This document shows, piece by piece, positions 10,632 to 20,427 of a stretch of 64,000 bases of DNA (within the stretch, counting starts at the first letter, position 1; each line of letters begins with the position of its first letter). The notes under the pieces are model-generated. The model saw only the letters and a list, made by a program, of their open reading frames with translations. It searched no databases and was not told the origin of the DNA. Source of the stretch: Bacteroidota bacterium (GTDB lineage: Bacteria > Bacteroidota > Bacteroidia > CAILMK01 > JACPUW01); contig JACPUW010000035.1 of NCBI GenBank assembly GCA_016192035.1, forward strand, positions 52,323-116,322, read 5' to 3'. The translations under genes and the position numbers were made by a program.

Positions 10632-11288
10632 TTATTCAGAATATCCTTCGCTGCCAATCAGTGGCACAAACCGAAAGGAATCCAGTGTTTCACGTATGGG
10701 TTGTCCGTCGTGGGTTTTTCTTATCTTGTTCATTATTTGTACTTTGTTGCCCATGGGCAACAAAATGATGCCACCAGGGCGCAGTTGCTCCCAGAGGCTT
10801 TTGCCCAAGCCCGGGGCGGCAGCGGTCACTATGATCCGGTCAAAGGGGGCCATTTCAGGCCAGCCCAAACTGCCGTCGCCAATTTTAATTTGGGGATTGA
10901 AACCGAATTTGGAAAACATGGCAGCCGCACGGGGCAACAATTCGGGCAGCCGCTCCACCGTATAGAGCTGCGCCCCTAAAGCACAAAGGATACAGCCCTG
11001 GTAGCCTGATCCGGTACCTATTTCGAGTACTTTCATTCCCTTGGCCACTTCTAGGTGATGGGTTTGGTAGGCCACCGTGTAGGGTTGTGATATGGTTTGC
11101 CCATTGCCTATGGGCATGGCCTTGTCTTGATAGGCATGTTCATCAAGTGCATTGTCCAAAAAAAAGTGTCGCGGAATTAGGTCTATGGCCGTAAGGACAC
11201 GTTCATCGCGAATACCCTTGCTTAAAATGGTCTGGACCAATTTTTTCCTTAGGCTCTTGTGTTTGTATGAGTCTTCCAGGGGCTTCAA
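10632..11288 (-). CDS. pcm: Protein-L-isoaspartate O-methyltransferase
   Basis: GQTISQPY, VLEIGTGSGY, APFDRIIVTAAA. Confidence 0.95.
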   Translation of the reverse strand: MKPLEDSYKHKSLRKKLVQTILSKGIRDERVLTAIDLIPRHFFLDNALDEHAYQDKAMPIGNGQTISQPYTVAYQTHHLEVAKGMKVLEIGTGSGYQGCILCALGAQLYTVERLPELLPRAAAMFSKFGFNPQIKIGDGSLGWPEMAPFDRIIVTAAAPGLGKSLWEQLRPGGIILLPMGNKVQIMNKIRKTHDGQPIRETLDSFRFVPLIGSEGYSE

Positions 11289-11290
11289 TC

Positions 11291-11761
11291 TTACTTGTTT
11301 TTTGACAAGGAAATCTGTTGGGCTATATGGTTCATTTCACCTGGGGTTATGCTCCCTTTGGGCAAGTATATGAACTGGCTTGCCGAGAAGTAGATCATCA
11401 TTTCGCCTTTGCGCATGGCAAAGTGGTGTACCTCGGCATAGCTGTATTGGTCGCTGCTGCCATCACCGTGGAGCACGGTTATTTCTTGAGGTCCAAACCG
11501 GTAGCTTCTAGGAAGGGCCACCGCCCTGGCTGTGGGAGAGGAGGTATGCATGTATAGGTAGGCCACCACCCAAAGGGGGTTTACCACTCCATACACCAAC
11601 ATAAACCGTACTCCCCAATCAAATTCGGTGTCAATGGCTTGCAGAAGCACTGCCCCAGCAAAAGGCAGTAAGTATATCCACCAGGCTTTGGAAAACCGGT
11701 TTCTGAGCAATAGTTTGAAATAGGTCTTCTTCTCCAGGCGTATGTCATTGGCTTCTATCAT
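11291..11761 (-). CDS. YcxB-family membrane protein
   Basis: Two TMs plus a C-terminal IYF..SQFIYLPK soluble domain. Confidence 0.6.
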   Translation of the reverse strand: MIEANDIRLEKKTYFKLLLRNRFSKAWWIYLLPFAGAVLLQAIDTEFDWGVRFMLVYGVVNPLWVVAYLYMHTSSPTARAVALPRSYRFGPQEITVLHGDGSSDQYSYAEVHHFAMRKGEMMIYFSASQFIYLPKGSITPGEMNHIAQQISLSKNK

Positions 11762-12930
11762 GCAAGTTTCCTTAACCGGGCTGCAAAGAGGTGGTTGCTA
11801 TTGCTAGCCGCATGGTGCAGGTGGTATTGGCCCAGCAATTCCATTTGGCCATTGGCACATACTTGCGCCACTACTTCCTCATTTTCGGCTGCAAATAGGG
11901 AACAGGTCATGTATAGCAGTTCACCACCGGTTTCTAAATAGCCCAGGGCAGCATCAACCATGTGCAATTGTTTGGATGCAAAAGACATGATGATGGGATA
12001 GTCCACCACATGCAGCATTTCGGGATGGTGGTTCCATGTGCCGCTGCCGGTACACGGCACATCGAGCAGTATGCCCCTAAAGGGAGCGCCGGTAGGGCTA
12101 CCCAAAGTCGATTCAAGGTCAAAGACAAAGGCTTGGGCTGTGACCTTGTGGCGGGCCATTCGTTCTTGGTAGTTTTTAAGTATGGATTTTCTTACGTCAG
12201 ACCCAAAGAGTGCCACTTCGGGGCATTTCTGTTTAAGAAGTAGGCTTTTGCCCCCTGAACCGCAACAGGCATCCCACCATTTTTCACCTGCTTTGGGATG
12301 CATGTGGGCTTGTGCCATTTGGGAGGATAGATCTTGGACATATAGGAGCCCCCTGGCATGGCTGGTCAATTGTTCCAAATTTGTGCCATGGGGCAGCATA
12401 AAGCCCTTGCCGCCCACAGCGGTGTATTGCCAGCCAAGGGTATCCATTTCGCGGGTTACGGCATAGGTCTTATCCCAGATGTGTACGTAGAGTGGCTGTG
12501 GTTTCACCAGGCCCTGGGCCACCTGTACCTTGGTAAGGCCTGATGAAAGCGGTTCGTCAAAAGGGAACAGGCTGTTTACCACATCTATGCCCAAATGACT
12601 GCTGAGCTGCTCGGCCTTGGCTTCAAAGGGTTGATCAACATTAAAACCGGAAATGGGAAGCCATTCGTGCGCTATTTGTTGAAGGGATGGGTACCCTTCA
12701 GGTGATAGGTAGGCTATGGAAGCAACAACCTGCTCAAAAGACAGGTTGTTTTTGAGCTGTCCACCCTTAAAGTAAGCAAACAGTAGGTCGCGGATGGTTT
12801 TCCTATCCTTTTTTCCATGCTTTTTGTGCAGCGAAAAGTACTCTTTTAAGTACTTGAGTAATGGGATTTCAAAGCTGTAGTTGGCTGCCAGCGTCTGGGC
12901 TGCAAGCACATGCTGGCCTATATATTTCAT
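11758..12930 (-). CDS. RsmB/NOP-family RNA m5C methyltransferase
   Basis: VQDLSSQ, WDACCGSGGKS, LLDVPCTGSG, YMTCS. Confidence 0.9.
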   Translation of the reverse strand: MKYIGQHVLAAQTLAANYSFEIPLLKYLKEYFSLHKKHGKKDRKTIRDLLFAYFKGGQLKNNLSFEQVVASIAYLSPEGYPSLQQIAHEWLPISGFNVDQPFEAKAEQLSSHLGIDVVNSLFPFDEPLSSGLTKVQVAQGLVKPQPLYVHIWDKTYAVTREMDTLGWQYTAVGGKGFMLPHGTNLEQLTSHARGLLYVQDLSSQMAQAHMHPKAGEKWWDACCGSGGKSLLLKQKCPEVALFGSDVRKSILKNYQERMARHKVTAQAFVFDLESTLGSPTGAPFRGILLDVPCTGSGTWNHHPEMLHVVDYPIIMSFASKQLHMVDAALGYLETGGELLYMTCSLFAAENEEVVAQVCANGQMELLGQYHLHHAASNSNHLFAARLRKLA

Positions 12931-14180
12931 TTTATTTCAATCAATTGATCGTTCACCAGTTTTAATATCTTAACATGGTCGTTGTAAAATACCAAATTGG
13001 AGGGGTCCTGGGCTAGGTGGAGCGACTCAAAGGGCAAAGAAAGTTCAAGTTGGTTGAGCTTGGCCTGAAAATTTGCTCCGTAATTGTTCAGGTACAGGCA
13101 GTAATATAAGGTTTCCACAAAACCTGATATGGCGTATCGGCTGGGTTCGGCATGATATTTCTGTCGGTAATGCGCTACAAAGGATTGCAGAAGGGTGTCG
13201 GTATAGTCCACATAACCTGTGGCTATAATGTGCATATCAAGTTTCTGCCACGCTGATACATCCAGGCTCTGGAATTCCAGCCAAGACTCACGGCCTACCA
13301 CCTTGTGAGGGTCCAGCGTACGGCGCAGTTCAGCCAATACGGAGGTAACAAAAGGTTCCTTGTCGCTACAAATCAGCACCACGGCGCTATCTGGAAGGGA
13401 ACCGGAAAGGGCACCCCGTTCCACATAACTTCCTTCTATTTCTTGTATCCGGGCTTTGGCGGCAACGTCTTGGGGCAGCAAAGCCAGTATGCCTTTGGCT
13501 TCTTCCAATTCATAAGCCACAGATCGGCAATAGATTACTACGGAATAATCATTGCCGTACTTGGATGTTATCAGTTCGGCAGCCGCTCGGCTCAGCACAT
13601 GGACCGGGGGTTTTGACAAGAAAATCCTATCGTTGAGTCCGTTAAGCCCTTCAAAAGTGGCTAGTGGCGAAACCATATTGATCTTGTGCGCCTGCACAAA
13701 AGGGGCTACCAAGCGGATATGGTCAGGGGTCAATGGCCCCATAAGCAAATCGGCATTGGTTAAGGTTTTCAATTGCCGGCCCAGTTCTGCGGTATCTCCC
13801 CGGGTGTCAATTAGGCCTACATTGGCATTAAAACCTATGGTACGCAAGGTATCAAATGCCAGGCGGGCACCTAACCAAAAGTCCATGGACCAAGCAGCCA
13901 AGTACTTGTTTCTTTCTGATATGCCGGGATACTCATGGAGGAACAAGGGCAAAAGAAAAGCTATCTCGTATTGCTCTTTTGGGTCGTAAGGGTACACCAG
14001 GTCAAGGGAGTCGGGCCCTTTGTCAATTTCATCCTGCCCTACTCCTGCCGAATCTAGCACCGCCTCATCCTCTTTCATTTCCCAAGGGGTTTTGTCCACG
14101 GCCTTGCGGGTGGAGCCACAAGAAGCAAACGTGCTCAATGCCATAAAAATGAGCAATTTGTACAGTTTACTTACATGCAT
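12927..14180 (-). CDS. Lipoprotein with a type-1 periplasmic-binding-protein-like (LppC/ABC substrate-binding) domain
   Basis: Lipobox FASC; IAFLLPLF, DFWLGARLAFDTL, ADLLMGPL; adjacent to guaA. Confidence 0.65.
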   Translation of the reverse strand: MHVSKLYKLLIFMALSTFASCGSTRKAVDKTPWEMKEDEAVLDSAGVGQDEIDKGPDSLDLVYPYDPKEQYEIAFLLPLFLHEYPGISERNKYLAAWSMDFWLGARLAFDTLRTIGFNANVGLIDTRGDTAELGRQLKTLTNADLLMGPLTPDHIRLVAPFVQAHKINMVSPLATFEGLNGLNDRIFLSKPPVHVLSRAAAELITSKYGNDYSVVIYCRSVAYELEEAKGILALLPQDVAAKARIQEIEGSYVERGALSGSLPDSAVVLICSDKEPFVTSVLAELRRTLDPHKVVGRESWLEFQSLDVSAWQKLDMHIIATGYVDYTDTLLQSFVAHYRQKYHAEPSRYAISGFVETLYYCLYLNNYGANFQAKLNQLELSLPFESLHLAQDPSNLVFYNDHVKILKLVNDQLIEIK

Positions 14181-14246
14181 AGGGATGAGACTTTGAGCCG
14201 CGAATTTAATTGCCCCTTGGGGCTGCCGGCTTCTTAACATGCTGCA

Positions 14247-15770
14247 CTACTCCCACTCAATGGTAGCGGGCGGCTTGGAGCTTACGTCATACACCACGCG
14301 GTTTATGCCCCTTACTTTATTGATGATATCACTTGACACCTTGGCCAAGAGTTCATGGGGTAAGTGGACCCAGTCGGCGGTCATGCCGTCCACTGAGCTC
14401 ACAGCCCTAAGAGCAACCACCTGCTCGTACGTGCGCTCGTCGCCCATAACCCCCACCGAGTGTATGGGGAGCAATATGGTAGCAGCTTGCCAGGTTTTAT
14501 CATACCAGCCCGATTTCTTAAGGTGTTCTATAAATATGGCGTCTGCCTCTTGCAGCAATGCCACCTTTTGGGTATTCACCTCCCCAAGTATTCTTATGGA
14601 AAGCCCGGGCCCGGGAAAAGGGTGCCGTTGCAGGATTTGGCTGGGAATGCCCAGCTGTGCACCTACTTGGCGCACTTCATCCTTGAACAGGAGCCGAAGG
14701 GGCTCCAATACCTTAAGGTGCATTTTTTCGGGCAAGCCTCCCACGTTGTGGTGGGATTTAATGGTAACTGAAGGCCCTTTAACGCTAAGTGATTCAATTA
14801 CATCTGGATATATGGTGCCTTGGCCCAGCCAGGCGGCCCCTTTTATATTGCCGGCTGCGCGCTGAAAAACGTCCACAAATACCTTCCCCACGGCTTTGCG
14901 CTTGGCTTCGGGTTCGGTCAAACCGGCCAAGGCTTGAAGGAATTCTTGTCGGGCATCAATGCCAATCACGTTGAGGCCCATGAGCTTGTACGATTCCAGT
15001 ACATCGTGAAATTCGTTCTTTCGCAGGAGGCCATTGTCCACAAAAAGACAGGTGAGCCTAGGCCCAATGGCTTGGTGTATGAGTTCGGCTGCTACGGTGG
15101 AGTCCACGCCGCCAGAGAGGCCCATCACCACGTAGTCCAGGCCCACGGTTTTTTGTATCTGGTCTATGGTTTCTTGTACAAATTGGGCAGCAGTCCAGTC
15201 CTTGGAAAAGCCACAGATGTCCAAAAAATTGTCTAGCAGTGTTTTACCCTGCTCGGTATGGTGTACTTCCGGATGAAATTGTATGCCCCAGGCATGTCTG
15301 CCTTCAATATGGAAGGCCGCATTGGCCACATCGGCAGTGGAGGCTATGGGTTTAAAGTTTTGGGGCAACAAGCCTATGGTGTCGCCGTGCGACATCCAAA
15401 CTTGTGAACGGGGTGATATCCCTTGGAGCAATCGATTGTCAGTCAGTGTTTCCAGGTGGGCCCTGCCGTATTCGCGGCTATCAGATTTGGACACATGGCC
15501 GCCGCCCAGGTGGGCCATCAGTTGGGCGCCGTAGCATATGCCGAGTACCGGAATTTGAGGAGGAAACTTGTCAATCTGTATGGTTGGGGCTCCGGGGTCG
15601 CGCACGGAACAAGGACTTCCCGAAAGGATGATGCCCTTAACCGAGGCATCAAGGGGCGGAAGGTGGTGATAAGGATGGATTTCAGCATAGACTTGAAGCT
15701 CTCGCACCTTACGCGCAATGAGCTGGGTGTATTGCGATCCGAAATCTATGATTACCAGCTTTTCTTCCAA
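14247..15770 (-). CDS. guaA: GMP synthase (glutamine-hydrolysing)
   Basis: [38 protein letters not shown]. Confidence 0.98.
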   Translation of the reverse strand: MEEKLVIIDFGSQYTQLIARKVRELQVYAEIHPYHHLPPLDASVKGIILSGSPCSVRDPGAPTIQIDKFPPQIPVLGICYGAQLMAHLGGGHVSKSDSREYGRAHLETLTDNRLLQGISPRSQVWMSHGDTIGLLPQNFKPIASTADVANAAFHIEGRHAWGIQFHPEVHHTEQGKTLLDNFLDICGFSKDWTAAQFVQETIDQIQKTVGLDYVVMGLSGGVDSTVAAELIHQAIGPRLTCLFVDNGLLRKNEFHDVLESYKLMGLNVIGIDARQEFLQALAGLTEPEAKRKAVGKVFVDVFQRAAGNIKGAAWLGQGTIYPDVIESLSVKGPSVTIKSHHNVGGLPEKMHLKVLEPLRLLFKDEVRQVGAQLGIPSQILQRHPFPGPGLSIRILGEVNTQKVALLQEADAIFIEHLKKSGWYDKTWQAATILLPIHSVGVMGDERTYEQVVALRAVSSVDGMTADWVHLPHELLAKVSSDIINKVRGINRVVYDVSSKPPATIEWE

Positions 15771-15844
15771 GGGAAAAAGTTTATGGGTTGGACGGTATGG
15801 GATGGGCTGGCTAAGGCGGCCAAATAAGAAGGTAGCGGAAGGGC

Positions 15845-16048
15845 TTACTTCTTTTCTATGAACTTTCCGTTTTTCACCTCACCTAAAATAATCACTTCCT
15901 TGGTTTTGGCGTATTCCCTTGCGGCTTGATTCATTTCTTCCCTTGAATCCCTTCTGAGCTTGATGCCTGAGGCAGCCCCGGGGTTTCGTACTTCCAAGTA
16001 AAACCCATTCTTGAGGGTTTTGGGCTTGGTTGGTGGTCTTCCAGCGAT
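15845..16048 (-). CDS. Small basic hypothetical protein (67 aa) with no canonical start codon
   Basis: Manual translation: (M)[69 protein letters not shown] at 16048 and ATT at 16060 are the possible starts; an in-frame TAA lies at 16061-16063. Confidence 0.65.
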   Translation of the reverse strand: MAGRPPTKPKTLKNGFYLEVRNPGAASGIKLRRDSREEMNQAAREYAKTKEVIILGEVKNGKFIEKK

Positions 16049-16125
16049 GGCAGTAGAAATTTAATTTTGGTGCGCGAAAGTAGGTAATGAAAGGGACTTA
16101 TCCAAGATTTAACAAAGAAAAAATG

Positions 16126-16156
16126 AAAAAGCCCCAAAACTTATGGTCTTGGGGCT
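16126..16156 (-). terminator. Intrinsic terminator after the RRM gene
   Basis: AGCCCCAA (16130-16137) pairs with TTGGGGCT (16149-16156); T-tract follows on the minus strand. Confidence 0.7.
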
Positions 16157-16182
16157 GTACAATTTTTGGGTAAGACTATAGT

Positions 16183-16512
16183 CTAGTACGACCTGCGTGG
16201 CCTGCGGTCGAAATTGTCACGGCGTGGGGGCCTTCCGCCTCCTCCACCACCTCCTGAGTTGCCTCGGGAGTTTTCGTCGCGTGCTTCCTTCACCACGATG
16301 GTCCTGCCATCTAGTTCGGTTTCGTTGAGTGCGTTGATGGCTTCTTGGGCCTCGTTGTCGTCACTCATTTCCACAAAGCCAAATCCCTTTGACTTTCCGG
16401 TGTCTTTGTCCATGATTACCCTGGCAGAGGTTACCTCGCCGTAACGTTCGAATGCTTGTTGAAGACCATCGTTTGTGGTCGAATAGCTCAAGCGTGCTAC
16501 AAAAAGATTCAT
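16183..16512 (-). CDS. RRM (RNP-1) RNA-binding protein with Gly/Arg-rich tail
   Basis: NLFVARL (RNP2), KGFGFVEM (RNP1), GGGGGGG tail. Confidence 0.95.
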   Translation of the reverse strand: MNLFVARLSYSTTNDGLQQAFERYGEVTSARVIMDKDTGKSKGFGFVEMSDDNEAQEAINALNETELDGRTIVVKEARDENSRGNSGGGGGGGRPPRRDNFDRRPRRSY

Positions 16513-16662
16513 TTAGTAAAGAAATTAAGGTAAAACAAGCGCTCATTCAACAAAAAAGCTGGGTCGGGGGATGGCGATTGCCTTAGCCTTAGCAAACAGA
16601 AAGTTGAATTAACGGCACGAAAGTAAGTGCCTTTTATTTAGAGTGGTGCACAGGCCTAAAGA

Positions 16663-19326
16663 TTATTTTTTATCCAGCCGCAGGAGCTTGGCCTGGATGC
16701 TCTCTATTTTTTCCAGCGTATCCTTTCTTTTCTTTTGTTCGCGCTCCACCACACTGGCTGGTGCCGACTGTATAAAGCTTTGATTGTCAAGTTTTTTTTC
16801 TATTCCCACCAAGAATCCTTCCAAGCGTTTCAATTCCTGTAGTTCAGATTCTATGGCCGTACCGTCCAGAAATGTGGTGCTGTCTAGGTCAAACAATTCC
16901 ATGGTGCCCGATAGAAAGGAAGCCTTTCCGCTGGGCTTGTCAATATAGGCAGCCCAAAGGCCAATACCGGCGGCAAACTGGATGAGGGCTGCATAGGGCG
17001 ACAGGCGATTATGGTCGGCCTGGGGCACCGCAACCTGGAGTGTTTCGCGCAATCCTTTGTTATGCTGTATCTTGTAGTTTCTCACATCCGATGTCAGGCG
17101 CGATATGGCGGCATAGTCTTGGCCATATTGGGCTGACCGGTCCCTGGCGGCTACCGGATAGGCAGCCGTACAGATGCTCTCGCCGGGAACGCGCTGGGCC
17201 AACATGTGGTACAGGGTCTCGGTTACGAAAGGCATAAACGGATGCAGAAGGCGCAAGCATTGGTCAAACAGGGACACTGTTGCCTCATAGGCGTGGCGGT
17301 CAATCACCGTATCCTTTCTTGGTTTTACCCACTCCAAGTAATTGCTGCAGAAGTCGTCCCAGATCAATCGATACACCAATTGAAGGGCTTCTGACATTTT
17401 GAAGCGCTCATAGGCTTCCTCCGTCTCGGCACATACTTCTTGAAAACGGGCTTGGAAGAGCGTCAAAGCTGCAGCATTTTTCTCTACAATTTCAGCAGGG
17501 GCATTGTCCACAATTTTCTCAAAGCCATGCCAAGACTCCATGAGCTTGAAGGCATTCCAGATTTTATTGATAAAATGGCCTCCTTGTTCGCAGAGTTTTT
17601 CGCCAAAAAGAAGGTCATTGCCCGCAGGACTGGCTATCAATATGCCAAAACGTACGCTATCGGCCCCGTATTGGTCTATAAGTTTAAGAAGATCAGGTGA
17701 ATTGCCCAGTTGTTTTGACATCTTGCGGCCCAGTTCATCACGCACCAAACCGGTAAAATACACATGTTCAAAAGGCTTGTTACCCCTATAGGCGTAACCT
17801 GCCATAACCATTCGCGCCACCCAAAAGAAAATGATGTCAGGTCCGGTTACCAATACCTGTGTAGGGTAATAATAGGTTATCTCCTTGTTTTTGGGATGGG
17901 CCACCCCGTCAAACACGGATATAGGCCAAAGCCAGGATGAAAACCAGGTGTCGAGCACATCAGGATCTTGTGTCAAATGGGCTGCTTGAACATCGGCTTG
18001 GAGTGCCCTGGCCGCAATTAGCGCATCTTCTTCGTGGTGTGCCACCACGTATCGGCCATCGGGCAGATACCATACGGGTATTCTGTGGCCCCACCATAGT
18101 TGCCTTGAAATGCACCAATCCTTGATGTTTTCCATCCAGTGGCGGTAGGTATTGACCATTTTGGAGGGGTGAAACTGCACCTGCCCGTTCAGCACACAGT
18201 CAAGGGCAGGCTTGGCCAGGTCTTCCATGCGGCAAAACCACTGCATGGACAGGCGCGGCTCAATAACGGCACCCGTACGCTCCGAATGGCCCACATTATG
18301 GGTTAGGTTTTCAACTTTGGAAAGTAAGCCTTTGTCAGATAGTATTTTGGCTATCTCTATGCGGGCCTCATGCCGGTCCATTCCCACGCAGATTTTGGCA
18401 TTCTCATTCAGGGTGCCATCAGGATTCAAGAGGTCAATAGTGGGCAGGCCATGTTTTTTGCCCAGTTCATGGTCGTTCACGTCATGGGCCGGGGTTACCT
18501 TTAGGCATCCTGTACCAAACTCCTTATCCACATATTCATCAGCTATGATGGGTATCTCACGCCCTATCAGTGGCACTTCCACTTTTTTGCCTATGAGGTG
18601 GACAAACCGGGGGTCGGTGGGGTTCACACACACCGCCGTGTCTGCCATGATGGTTTCAGGGCGGGTGGTGGCTATGGTTAGGTACTCTTGGGTGCCCACT
18701 TGTCGGTAAAGCACGTAGTACAGTTTGTCCACGCACTCTTTATGTACCACCTCTTCATCTGACAGGGCAGTCATTGCCCTAGGGTCCCAGTTTACCATGC
18801 GGGTGCCACGGTATATTAGCCCTTGGTTGTACAACCGCGCAAAGGCATCAATCACAGCTTTATAGCGTGTTTCATCCATGGTAAATGCCGTGCGTCTCCA
18901 GTCACATGACGCACCCATTTTTTTTAGCTGGCCCAGGATGATCCCACCATATTTCTCCTTCCAAGCAAAAGCGTGCTCCAAAAATTTTTCCCTACCAATT
19001 GTCCATTTGTCCAAACCCTTTTCCTTCAGCAAGCCCACTACTTTGGCCTCTGTGGCTATAGAGGCGTGGTCGGTGCCGGGCACCCAGCAGGCATTATACC
19101 CCCTCATGCGGGCCCGGCGGATCAGAATGTCCTGTATGGTGTTGTTGAGCATATGCCCCATGTGCAACACGCCGGTTACGTTTGGCGGCGGAATTACTAT
19201 GGTATAGGGTTCCCGCTGGTCGGGATCAGATTCAAACAGTTTATTGTCTAGCCAGTATTGGTACCATGAATCTTCTACTTCGGCGTGGTTATATGCCTTA
19301 GGGGCAGTTTTTTGGCTTGGTATCAT
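16663..19326 (-). CDS. valS: Valine--tRNA ligase
   Basis: PPPNVTGVLHMGH, WCISRQLWWGH, KMSK; C-terminal coiled coil; start at MIPSQK. Confidence 0.98.
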   Translation of the reverse strand: MIPSQKTAPKAYNHAEVEDSWYQYWLDNKLFESDPDQREPYTIVIPPPNVTGVLHMGHMLNNTIQDILIRRARMRGYNACWVPGTDHASIATEAKVVGLLKEKGLDKWTIGREKFLEHAFAWKEKYGGIILGQLKKMGASCDWRRTAFTMDETRYKAVIDAFARLYNQGLIYRGTRMVNWDPRAMTALSDEEVVHKECVDKLYYVLYRQVGTQEYLTIATTRPETIMADTAVCVNPTDPRFVHLIGKKVEVPLIGREIPIIADEYVDKEFGTGCLKVTPAHDVNDHELGKKHGLPTIDLLNPDGTLNENAKICVGMDRHEARIEIAKILSDKGLLSKVENLTHNVGHSERTGAVIEPRLSMQWFCRMEDLAKPALDCVLNGQVQFHPSKMVNTYRHWMENIKDWCISRQLWWGHRIPVWYLPDGRYVVAHHEEDALIAARALQADVQAAHLTQDPDVLDTWFSSWLWPISVFDGVAHPKNKEITYYYPTQVLVTGPDIIFFWVARMVMAGYAYRGNKPFEHVYFTGLVRDELGRKMSKQLGNSPDLLKLIDQYGADSVRFGILIASPAGNDLLFGEKLCEQGGHFINKIWNAFKLMESWHGFEKIVDNAPAEIVEKNAAALTLFQARFQEVCAETEEAYERFKMSEALQLVYRLIWDDFCSNYLEWVKPRKDTVIDRHAYEATVSLFDQCLRLLHPFMPFVTETLYHMLAQRVPGESICTAAYPVAARDRSAQYGQDYAAISRLTSDVRNYKIQHNKGLRETLQVAVPQADHNRLSPYAALIQFAAGIGLWAAYIDKPSGKASFLSGTMELFDLDSTTFLDGTAIESELQELKRLEGFLVGIEKKLDNQSFIQSAPASVVEREQKKRKDTLEKIESIQAKLLRLDKK

Positions 19327-19333
19327 GCGGGGG

Positions 19334-19341
19334 CAAATATA
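19334..19341 (-). promoter_or_regulatory. Bacteroidota sigma-A -7 element for valS
   Basis: TATATTTG on the minus strand, 7 nt upstream of ATG 19326. Confidence 0.55.
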
Positions 19342-19409
19342 GGCCCTTGGAATTGGCCATTTCAGGGGTTTAGGGGGCGCGGTATCCATTACAAAGCCAT
19401 ATTTGCCGG

Positions 19410-20237
19410 GTGCAAAAGCCAAGCAATGGTTGGGCCTACAAGGCCAAGGATATGGGCATGTGGCTGCGCGGTATTGGTGCCCAATGGCGAATGCTGCCCC
19501 ACTTTATAATAGCTGGCGTACAAAAGGGAGGTACCACCTCGCTGTATGCTTACCTGGACCAACATCCTGACATGAAACTTTCGCGGCCCAAGGAGGTGCA
19601 TTTTTTTGATGAGCAGTACCACAGGGGTTTGGCATACTATAGAAGGGTATTTCCTTTTGCATGGCGCGGATTGATTACGGGTGAAGCATCGCCATACTAC
19701 TTCTTCCACCCTTTGGTGCCACAGCGCGTGTGCGAATCGCTGCCTGGGGTCAAGGTAATCGTATTGCTGCGCAACCCCATTATGCGGGCATATTCACACT
19801 ACCATATGCAGCGCCGGGCCGGCGTAGAGCCCCTGGAGAGTTTTGACGAAGCCGTAGCGGCCGAAGCAGGCCGGCTGGAAGGGGAGGAACACCGAATCTT
19901 GACCAATGGCAACTATATACCCCTGGCATATAAACGGTACAGCTATGTGGCCAGGGGGATGTACCATGTGCAGGCACAGCGGTGGATTGGCGCGTTGGGA
20001 AGGGAGCAAATCTTATTTGTAAAAAGCGAACATCTGCTGCAAGACCCTGAAAAGGAATTATGTAAGGTGTACGATTTTATAGGGGTCAATAGGGTATTGC
20101 CCGCCATGCTTCCGCAAAAACACGTGGGTGAGTACCCGGCCATGGCCCAAACCACCCGGGATTACCTACAGGCCGTGTTTGCGCAAGACCAAGAAAGGCT
20201 TGTGCAACTGTTGGGGCCTGACTTTGGGTGGTTTTAA
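19410..20237 (+). CDS. PAPS-dependent sulfotransferase
   Basis: 5'-PSB loop IIAGVQKGGTTSL; KEVHFFD; GEASPYY; 3'-PB LRNPIMRAYSHY; start uncertain. Confidence 0.9.
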   Translation: MQKPSNGWAYKAKDMGMWLRGIGAQWRMLPHFIIAGVQKGGTTSLYAYLDQHPDMKLSRPKEVHFFDEQYHRGLAYYRRVFPFAWRGLITGEASPYYFFHPLVPQRVCESLPGVKVIVLLRNPIMRAYSHYHMQRRAGVEPLESFDEAVAAEAGRLEGEEHRILTNGNYIPLAYKRYSYVARGMYHVQAQRWIGALGREQILFVKSEHLLQDPEKELCKVYDFIGVNRVLPAMLPQKHVGEYPAMAQTTRDYLQAVFAQDQERLVQLLGPDFGWF

Positions 20238-20427
20238 CCAGGCACCCAATCCAGCCTTGATAGGGGGGTAATGAGGTTATCGGGTTTGATTTGACAAACA
20301 GTGGGTTACAAATAATTCTAAAGGCCTTGGATACGGCCATGCGGGCACAACGGCCAGTGGTATTGGCCAAAAAGTTCCATCTTTGCCCAGAGGGGCTTGG
20401 CCCCAATACAGGATGCACAGAGAGAAA

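Noticed and set aside
14239..14865. 208-aa plus-strand ORF (and similar ones such as 39195-39836 and 7272-7829)
   Set aside because: Antisense shadows of well-supported genes (guaA, ald, PDZ protein)
15931..16137. 68-aa ORF from the track
   Set aside because: Starts inside a terminator; the overlapping frame 15845-16048 looks far more protein-like
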